This document shows positions 57,651-64,000 of a stretch of DNA of 64,000 nt, piece by piece. Position numbers and translations under genes: made by a program. The notes below the pieces were generated by a model. It did not search any database. It saw only the letters and a list, made by a program, of their open reading frames with translations, and was not told the origin of the DNA. The DNA is from a virus: the IMG/VR virus record IMGVR_UViG_3300032242_001916, positions 30,101-94,100 of that record. One strand, given 5' to 3'. How positions within the stretch are numbered: the first letter of the stretch is position 1; every line of letters begins with the position of its first letter.

Positions 57651-59630
57651 ATGAACATTATTTTTACTTCCGACCAACTTCAAGAAGTGGTCGATGCCTA
57701 CTCTAAAGTAGATGAATTTGTATTTGACGTAGAAACGTCAGGCCCACACCGTGGAGATCCACGTCAGAATGCTGTCGTATGGATTGCACTAGCCACAGAG
57801 GGCCGTGTAGATGTAATTCCTATGGGGCACCCAAATGGTGACTACATTCGAACAGACTACCCATTGCTGCCATCCGCTAAGATCCGTCAGGCTAAGGGTC
57901 TTAATGTACGTCCTCAGGACTACAGCAAGGATGAAAAGAAAGCGACCAAAGTATTTACTGAGGCGCCTGAGCAACTAACTCCCGGGGAAGTCTTTAAGGC
58001 TCTGAAGCCGCTCTTTAGGAGTAATCAGACCAAGGTTGGGCATAACGTCAAGTTCGACTTGCAGAGTATATCCAAGTACATCGGTGGCCTACCTAGCCCA
58101 GAGTATGGTTGCACACTTATTGCATCTTTTATCTTAGATAATCAGAATCGCCTTAACGGTCTTGGTCTTGACGACTGCTTGAAGCGTGAGTTTGGCTACC
58201 AGATGGTCAAAGGCGTGGGTAAAGAAATTGAAGCCCATAGTTTTGACGACGTTGCTACCTACGCTGGACTAGACGCCGAATGGACTTGGAAGCTTTGGAA
58301 GAAGCTTTCTGCTCGTCTAGTAACCGACAAACTTTCAAAGCTTTTTGCTTTAGAGATGGATGTGCTTGAAGTCATTTGCAACATGGAACTACGTGGTGCG
58401 GATATTGATATGTCGGCCCTATCTACTCTTAAAGTAGCTCTTGAAAAGCAGCTAGAAGACTGCAAAGCAGACATCTATCTTGCTGCTGGTAAAGCCTTTA
58501 ACATCAATAGTGTTAAGGAAAAGCAGGTGCTCCTGTACACGCCTAAGAAACTAGGCGGTCGAGGACTTAAGCCAAAGGTTCCGACACCTAATGGTAAGAA
58601 GAAACTTGACGCAGGAGAAGAAACCTCCGTAGTTGATTTTTCAGTTGCTGAGCCAGCATTGCAAGCTTACGCTGGTAAAGATGATTTAGTTGATGGATTA
58701 ATCCGGTACTCGGACTTAAACAAGTTGCTTACTACCTACGTAATCCCATACTTGGGCGGGGACATTACCCGTACTTTGTTAGGTAAGAGCAAAATTGTGG
58801 CTAAGAAGAGTATCTTGCTTGATGGCAGGGTTCACACTGACTTTGTTCAGTACGGTACTGAGACGGGTCGTTTCTCTAGCCGTAACCCAAATTTACAAAA
58901 TGTCCCGGCCCCACATACCTCAAACGGTAAAGCTATTCGTAACCTGTTTATTGCTCCAGAGGGTCATAAGCTGATTGTAGCCGACTACAGTCAGATTGAG
59001 CCTAGGGTTATTGCATCCTTTTCTCAGGACCGAATCATGTGCAACTCGTACAAAGACGGCGGGGATATATACACCACAGTAGGTGATACTATGGGAGTAG
59101 ACCGCAAAGCGGGAAAGGTATTGGTTCTAGCAATGGCGTACGGCGTTGGCCCAGATAAGATCGCTGATCAAATTGGCTGTTCTTTGACGGAAGCTAAAAA
59201 TCTTCTTAATGGGTTTGCTGCAAAGTTCCCATCAATATCTCGTTACAAGCGTTCTGTGGTCTCTGAGAGTAGGAATCGTACTCCAATGCCCTACGCAACA
59301 ACCTTGTTGAAGCGTCGCCGTTATCTTCCTGACCTACGTTCTTCAGAAATTTGGAAGCGTTCTCGTGCAGAGCGTCAAGCTTTCAACACCGTAATACAGG
59401 GATCTGCTGCTGACCTTATTAAGGTTGCTATGGTTCGTGCTTATGAAATGATTCCAAAAGAGTCAAACCTAATTCTTACTGTGCACGATGAATTAGTAAC
59501 TGTTGCTCCAAACCATTTAGCAGAAGAAACTGCTGAGGCAATTCGGGCAGCAATGGAAGGCATCAACGTATTAAGTATTCCGTTAGTATCGGATCTAACA
59601 ATTGTAGAAAGGTGGGGAGACGCAAAGTGA
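57651..59630 (+). CDS. polA: Family A DNA polymerase with 3'-5' exonuclease
   Basis: DVET, HNVKFD, YA..DA; TGRFSS.NPNLQN, DYSQIE, QGSAAD, VHDE. Confidence 0.95.
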   Translation: MNIIFTSDQLQEVVDAYSKVDEFVFDVETSGPHRGDPRQNAVVWIALATEGRVDVIPMGHPNGDYIRTDYPLLPSAKIRQAKGLNVRPQDYSKDEKKATKVFTEAPEQLTPGEVFKALKPLFRSNQTKVGHNVKFDLQSISKYIGGLPSPEYGCTLIASFILDNQNRLNGLGLDDCLKREFGYQMVKGVGKEIEAHSFDDVATYAGLDAEWTWKLWKKLSARLVTDKLSKLFALEMDVLEVICNMELRGADIDMSALSTLKVALEKQLEDCKADIYLAAGKAFNINSVKEKQVLLYTPKKLGGRGLKPKVPTPNGKKKLDAGEETSVVDFSVAEPALQAYAGKDDLVDGLIRYSDLNKLLTTYVIPYLGGDITRTLLGKSKIVAKKSILLDGRVHTDFVQYGTETGRFSSRNPNLQNVPAPHTSNGKAIRNLFIAPEGHKLIVADYSQIEPRVIASFSQDRIMCNSYKDGGDIYTTVGDTMGVDRKAGKVLVLAMAYGVGPDKIADQIGCSLTEAKNLLNGFAAKFPSISRYKRSVVSESRNRTPMPYATTLLKRRRYLPDLRSSEIWKRSRAERQAFNTVIQGSAADLIKVAMVRAYEMIPKESNLILTVHDELVTVAPNHLAEETAEAIRAAMEGINVLSIPLVSDLTIVERWGDAK

Positions 59631-60058
59631 GCATCTTCAAACGCAATAAAAAGAAACAGCGGGGGCTAAAAGTTATGACCCTTTCCCCAAGCGTATTAAT
59701 TCGCAAAGTCATCTATGATTCAGGATGTAAGAATCCAGAAGCAATAGCAGAGCAGCTAGGGCTTAATCGAGTATCAGATGATGTTATGGAAATGGAAGTT
59801 CAAGCAAGTGATGAGCGTATTGCTCGAATTATGAACATAATTCCAATCATTGAAGCTCATGCTACTATTTCCGCACAGGTAAGTGCCGCAGCTTATGCAG
59901 TAGGTACGCAAGAAGATGATGATGACGAAGTTGACCCAGCAATGCTAGATGCATTAGTATTGCTATTCAAGGCTGTTTCAGTATCTTCAGCAATATCATG
60001 TACGGCAGCTTTAATGGATCTTAATTTAATTTCAGGAGAGTATGAAAATGTCCAATAA
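59627..60058 (+). CDS. Hypothetical protein
   Basis: GTGA coupling to the polA stop. Confidence 0.65.
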   Translation: MSIFKRNKKKQRGLKVMTLSPSVLIRKVIYDSGCKNPEAIAEQLGLNRVSDDVMEMEVQASDERIARIMNIIPIIEAHATISAQVSAAAYAVGTQEDDDDEVDPAMLDALVLLFKAVSVSSAISCTAALMDLNLISGEYENVQ

Positions 60059-60440
60059 TTGGTGGGCAGATAAGCTAAGCGGACAGCCTGCTCCCGCACC
60101 TCGTACATCTGCGCCTGTAGGACCAATTCCTAATGTACGTTATGTACCGGAAGGTAACGTAACTGCGACGCCGGTTAGTTACGATCCAAATCAGGATCAG
60201 CTTGTAACTAAGGCTCAGAGTGCTCGTTTAGATGACAAGTGCCCAGGTTGTTACTCCGGTAACTATTTTGCACCTACTGGTACTCAAATGAAGCGTTGCT
60301 ATGATTGTGGCTACCCTATTCTTCAAGCCGGTAGTGGTGCAGGTATGCCATCAGGTGGGGGACAAGCTGCAACACCTGCTCGTCAGGTATCTACCGCAAA
60401 CAACTTTAACCCAACAACTATCGTAGACAGGATTGGATAA
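60048..60440 (+). CDS. Zn-ribbon protein
   Basis: CPGC.SGNY...RCYDCGYP. Confidence 0.7.
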   Translation: MSNNWWADKLSGQPAPAPRTSAPVGPIPNVRYVPEGNVTATPVSYDPNQDQLVTKAQSARLDDKCPGCYSGNYFAPTGTQMKRCYDCGYPILQAGSGAGMPSGGGQAATPARQVSTANNFNPTTIVDRIG

Positions 60441-61492
60441 TGGCACTTACCGCTGAAGTATTAAAAGTAGCAGCACAGCTAAACAAAAAACATGGGGATG
60501 GAACTGTAATTATGGCTAATGAAGCCATACTTCCAAAGCGCATAACTAGCGGATCTCTAACTCTAGACGTTGTACTAGGCGGTGGCTGGCCTGTAAACCA
60601 GTGGACTGAAATCATTGGGGAGGCATCACACGGTAAGACTGCAATTGCATTAAAAACCGTAGCTGCCAATCAAGCAAAGGATCCAAATTTCACTACAGTA
60701 TGGGTTGCTGCAGAGCCTTTTGACGTTGAGTACGCACAAATGTGCGGGGTAGATACTAACCGAGTAATCTTAGTAGAGACCAACGTTATGGAAGAAGCAT
60801 ACGAAGCTGTCATCCAGTTCTGTGAGACCAAGGGCGTAGACCTAATAATTCTTGATTCACTACCAGCTTTAGTTCCAACAACTGAAGAAGAAAAGTCTAT
60901 GGATGAATCTACTGTTGGTCGAGGCGCATTGCTTACCAACAAGTTCTTCCGCAAAGTACTTCGTGCTACTAAGCGTTCGCTCACAGAAGAAGAACGTGGC
61001 ATTACCTGTATTATGATTAATCAGTTCCGTATGAAGATTGGCGTAATGCACGGAGATCCTCGTACTACTCCCGGTGGACTTGGCAAAGATTACGCTATGG
61101 CTATTCGATGCGAGGTTAAGCGTGGAGACTGGCTAGAGGTTGGTACAGGAGAGAGCAAGCGTCGTTCTGGTCAAACTATCAAAGTACGTACTATCAAAAA
61201 CAAGACCTTCCCACCTCAGCAGACCGCGTATGTAGACTTTTGGTTTGCTGAAGGCGGTCCTATTGACCGTGGAGACTACGATGCTGGTAAAGAGATTGTT
61301 GCTTTGTCAATCCTTAATGGTATAGTAGAACGTAAAGGTGCTTGGTTCTTCTACGGTGAGCGCAAGTGGCAAGGTGCACAAAGCCTTGTCGATTCAATCC
61401 GTGAAGAACTTGACTTAAAAGAAGAACTAAGTAAAGCTGTGATGGATACGCTAAAAGGCGTACCACCGCTTTCATTTTCAGAGGATGACTAA
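60440..61492 (+). CDS. recA: RecA-like recombinase
   Basis: SGSL.LD..LGGG.P, GEASHGKT, ILDSL.AL, INQ.R.KIG, TPGG, KNK. Confidence 0.93.
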   Translation: MALTAEVLKVAAQLNKKHGDGTVIMANEAILPKRITSGSLTLDVVLGGGWPVNQWTEIIGEASHGKTAIALKTVAANQAKDPNFTTVWVAAEPFDVEYAQMCGVDTNRVILVETNVMEEAYEAVIQFCETKGVDLIILDSLPALVPTTEEEKSMDESTVGRGALLTNKFFRKVLRATKRSLTEEERGITCIMINQFRMKIGVMHGDPRTTPGGLGKDYAMAIRCEVKRGDWLEVGTGESKRRSGQTIKVRTIKNKTFPPQQTAYVDFWFAEGGPIDRGDYDAGKEIVALSILNGIVERKGAWFFYGERKWQGAQSLVDSIREELDLKEELSKAVMDTLKGVPPLSFSEDD

Positions 61493-61701
61493 TGTTTTAC
61501 GATCTAGCTACAAAAGCCGCTAAGTACGACGTGCTTGAACAAATTGTAACCTTACTTCGTGGTTTGCATTCTCCTACTCAAGATGGTAAGAGTTGCATTG
61601 AATGTAGCCGGATTGCATGCTCAGTCACTTCTACTGGAATGGGTAGTATTCAATACCCTTGCGTAACTGCTATGACACTTGGAGCTTTTGATGAAGAGTG
61701 A
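61492..61701 (+). CDS. Small LH..CxxC..YPCxT protein
   Basis: GLH...CIEC...YPCVT. Confidence 0.7.
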   Translation: MFYDLATKAAKYDVLEQIVTLLRGLHSPTQDGKSCIECSRIACSVTSTGMGSIQYPCVTAMTLGAFDEE

Positions 61702-62062
61702 AGGACAGATACAGTCACAGAAGCATGAAAAGCGTTTAGAAAAGAAACTGGGTGGCAAACGCACTGCTGCATCAGGAGCCTTTTGGTCATTGAAAGGCGA
61801 TGTACGAACTGACGATCTATTGATAGAGCACAAATGGACGGGCAAGAAGCAGTTCACTATCAAGTCAGATGTATTAGAGAAGATAATAACAGAGGCCATT
61901 ATGGATGGGCGTATGCCAATCTTAGGTGTGCACCTAAATGGGAAAGACTACGTGTTACTAACTGAGGACGACTTTATTGAACTCCGAGAGTATAGGAAAG
62001 AACACGTATGCGATACGACGACGACCCCGAATGGACTTGGCGATACGACGCTAAGTGCGTAG
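61691..62062 (+). CDS. Holliday junction resolvase-like PD-(D/E)xK nuclease
   Basis: HE, SGA, GDV, LIEHK. Confidence 0.75.
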   Translation: MKSEGQIQSQKHEKRLEKKLGGKRTAASGAFWSLKGDVRTDDLLIEHKWTGKKQFTIKSDVLEKIITEAIMDGRMPILGVHLNGKDYVLLTEDDFIELREYRKEHVCDTTTTPNGLGDTTLSA

Positions 62063-62313
62063 GGGAAGATACTGAGATCTTCTTCCCACCTAGGGATAAA
62101 GACCTCTACGGACCTATAGCAGAAAAAGCAAAAGCTATCTGTCTTGGCAAGGATGGAAGACCTCCCTGCCCGGTCAGAAAAGAGTGCTTGATCGACGCGA
62201 TAGAACGTGACGAACTCCATGGAATATGGGGCGGCTTGTCACATCGTGAAAGAAATGCTATGGTTCGTAAATATACAAACGCTGGAAAAACTTTGGAAGA
62301 ATGGTTGGAATAA
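62008..62313 (+). CDS. whiB: WhiB-family transcription factor (second, atypical)
   Basis: W...AKC, IFFP, AKAIC-x8-CPV..EC, GIWGG. Confidence 0.88.
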   Translation: MRYDDDPEWTWRYDAKCVGEDTEIFFPPRDKDLYGPIAEKAKAICLGKDGRPPCPVRKECLIDAIERDELHGIWGGLSHRERNAMVRKYTNAGKTLEEWLE

Positions 62314-63207
62314 ATGTCACCTAAGCCGCAAAAGATCGAGAGCAAGAACTTAAAAGCATTCTTAGATGCTAATAAACGCAAGACACGTCTTACAGGACAA
62401 CTAGAGCGGTTCTTACTCGCTCAGGAGCCTGAGGATCGTCGCCAGGATGTACTGCATCCTAGTGATCTTGTTAAGTCAGAATGGTGTGCACTACATGCAT
62501 ACCACGCTCTTCGTGGAAACTATGTGGCAACGGCAGACAAGCCAACCCTACGCCTTCAGTCAATCTTTGACGAGGGCCATGCTATTCACCACAAGTGGCA
62601 AAGCTGGATTTACCGTATGGGTAATCTCTATGGTGTTTGGGAATGCAGCTACTGTAACGAAACCGTTATGGACACTTCCCCAAAGACTTGCACATTCTGT
62701 GGACATGAAAGCTTTCAGTATTTAGAAATTCCGTTAACTAGCGATGCCCATAAGATAGCAGGCAGTTCAGACGGTTGGATCAAAGGACTTGGTGAGGATT
62801 ACCTCATCGAGATTAAGTCAATTGGTGCGGGCACTCTTCGTTGGGAAGCCCCATCTATATTGGCGCAAGCGGGCGGAGACTTAGAGGTTGCCTGGAGGGC
62901 GATCAGGCAGCCTTTCCGCTCGCACTTGCTGCAAGGCCAGGTGTACCTACATCTATGTCACCTAATGGTAGAAGCCGGCCTTGCTGAATCAGCTCCAGAG
63001 TCTATTGTGTTTATCTATGAACTTAAATCAAACCAAGACTACAAAGAGTTTGAGGTCATGTATGACCCAGAGTACATTCTAGATATATTTGAAAATGCCG
63101 CCGATGTAGCATGGGCAGTTGACAACGACCGCCCACCTGCATGTAATATAGATCCAGTAAAGGGATGCAAGCGTTGCTCTACATTCCGGGAGGATACAAA
63201 TGTCTAA
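62314..63207 (+). CDS. Cas4/RecB-like exonuclease
   Basis: HPS..WC, G..IH, DG..IEIKS, Q..VY, C-terminal C..C..C. Confidence 0.8.
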   Translation: MSPKPQKIESKNLKAFLDANKRKTRLTGQLERFLLAQEPEDRRQDVLHPSDLVKSEWCALHAYHALRGNYVATADKPTLRLQSIFDEGHAIHHKWQSWIYRMGNLYGVWECSYCNETVMDTSPKTCTFCGHESFQYLEIPLTSDAHKIAGSSDGWIKGLGEDYLIEIKSIGAGTLRWEAPSILAQAGGDLEVAWRAIRQPFRSHLLQGQVYLHLCHLMVEAGLAESAPESIVFIYELKSNQDYKEFEVMYDPEYILDIFENAADVAWAVDNDRPPACNIDPVKGCKRCSTFREDTNV

Positions 63208-63442
63208 AGAACATATATGCCAACTTTGTTCAGCCAGCAAGAACCAACCAGAAGGCACTACACCCATTGAGTTAATTGATGGGATGTGTCGTTGGTGTAG
63301 CAATGCATGGAATTTAGGATACAACGCAGCGTTAGATGGCGAGCAGTTGGGAAAACCAATAGCGTATGTTTCACCCCTTGGCATTACTTTCTTAACTGAT
63401 GTTGAGTTAGGTGAAGAGTGTACAGAGTGTGAAGATGATTAA
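63200..63442 (+). CDS. Small CxxC protein
   Basis: CQLC, CRWC, CTEC. Confidence 0.6.
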   Translation: MSKEHICQLCSASKNQPEGTTPIELIDGMCRWCSNAWNLGYNAALDGEQLGKPIAYVSPLGITFLTDVELGEECTECEDD

Positions 63443-63722
63443 AGAATCAGATTGGAAACTTGACGAGTGCGACCCAAATTCTCACCTAGATGAAACTTTA
63501 ATCCGAGACTTTGTATTTGTTAGCAGGGACTTGATTCACGAAACTGATTGTGGAGATAAATGCACCTGTGAGGCTAAAGCTTTTACTAAACTGGCGGGGT
63601 TTCTATGGAAATGCTACAGCAACGGTGTTCTCCCAGAACACATTACAGACGCAGTGGTTAAATTAATGGACAAAAAACGTGTACAACTAAACACTATCTT
63701 GGAGGAAAAAATAAATGATTAA
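63435..63722 (+). CDS. Hypothetical protein
   Basis: Start placed at MIKES, overlapping the upstream stop. Confidence 0.6.
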   Translation: MIKESDWKLDECDPNSHLDETLIRDFVFVSRDLIHETDCGDKCTCEAKAFTKLAGFLWKCYSNGVLPEHITDAVVKLMDKKRVQLNTILEEKIND

Positions 63723-63888
63723 GAAACACCCATACCGTGCTGCAGTAAAGCACATTCGTGAACTACACCACGCAGAGAAGCTCGGGACACATGCCCCAAT
63801 TACATGTGCAGTATGCCACATTCCCTACCCATGCAAAACTATCCAGTTAATTAACGATGACTTGTATGAGGATGGCGATAATGTTTAA
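63715..63888 (+). CDS. Small LH..CxxC..YPCxT protein, not in the ORF track
   Basis: GGAGG SD; RELH...CAVC..YPCKT. Confidence 0.7.
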   Translation: MIKKHPYRAAVKHIRELHHAEKLGTHAPITCAVCHIPYPCKTIQLINDDLYEDGDNV

Positions 63889-63997
63889 AAAAATAATGTT
63901 TAAGTTTGTTCATAAATTTTGTAATTGGGCAATGAATGTAAAAGATGGCGAAGATGCCACATGGGTTGGCGTTTACCACATACAGGAATGGGAATAA
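63881..63997 (+). CDS. Micro-protein (38 aa), not in the ORF track
   Basis: GAGG SD; overlaps the upstream stop. Confidence 0.45.
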   Translation: MFKKIMFKFVHKFCNWAMNVKDGEDATWVGVYHIQEWE

Positions 63998-64000
63998 TGA

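Noticed and set aside
13941-61492. Inteins or introns in terminase, DnaB, PolA, SNF2 or RecA
   Set aside because: Lengths are ordinary, frames are continuous, and I saw no intein junction or homing-endonuclease motifs
62314-63207. Cas4-like gene as part of a CRISPR system
   Set aside because: I saw no repeat-spacer array or other cas genes; solo Cas4-like nucleases beside RecA are normal phage recombination genes
2372-63384. Numerous minus-strand and alternate-frame ORFs (e.g. 2372-2842, 27215-27742, 32021-32449)
   Set aside because: They are shadows of well-supported + strand genes and have no recognisable motifs
742-63997. Stop-codon reassignment
   Set aside because: TAA, TAG and TGA all end full-length genes and coding density is high under the standard code

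Overview
This window is 64 kb of a large contractile-tailed (myovirus-type) dsDNA phage, almost entirely on the + strand. Two WhiB genes and actinobacterial-type lipoprotein and transglycosylase genes, in visibly AT-rich DNA, point to a low-GC actinobacterial host such as the freshwater acI-like lineages (inference). Gene order: a divergent minus-strand gene at the left edge; an accessory region (0.7-13.9 kb) with small Cys/His and Lys-rich proteins, three cell-wall hydrolases, tRNA-Asn, HNH, Dps and KTSC; head genes (terminase, portal, scaffold, capsid); neck and fibres; sheath, tube, chaperone and tape measure; baseplate; then replication/recombination (initiator, DnaC-like, DnaB, primase, SNF2, SSB, PolA, RecA, resolvase, Cas4-like). 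Main observations: (1) a ~75-aa beta module inserted into unrelated structural proteins, sometimes nested inside itself, with an identical 17-nt core in three genes; (2) a 35-nt tRNA acceptor/T-arm minihelix ending in ACCA in the leader of the minus-strand gene; (3) a probable +1 frameshift at TTT_CGG in the tail chaperone; (4) a recurrent TTWA-N4-GA-N19-(-10) promoter layout; (5) terminator hairpins with anti-Shine-Dalgarno-like loops; (6) a HypB-motif, metallothionein-like micro-protein. All family assignments come from motif recognition by eye; no searches were run.
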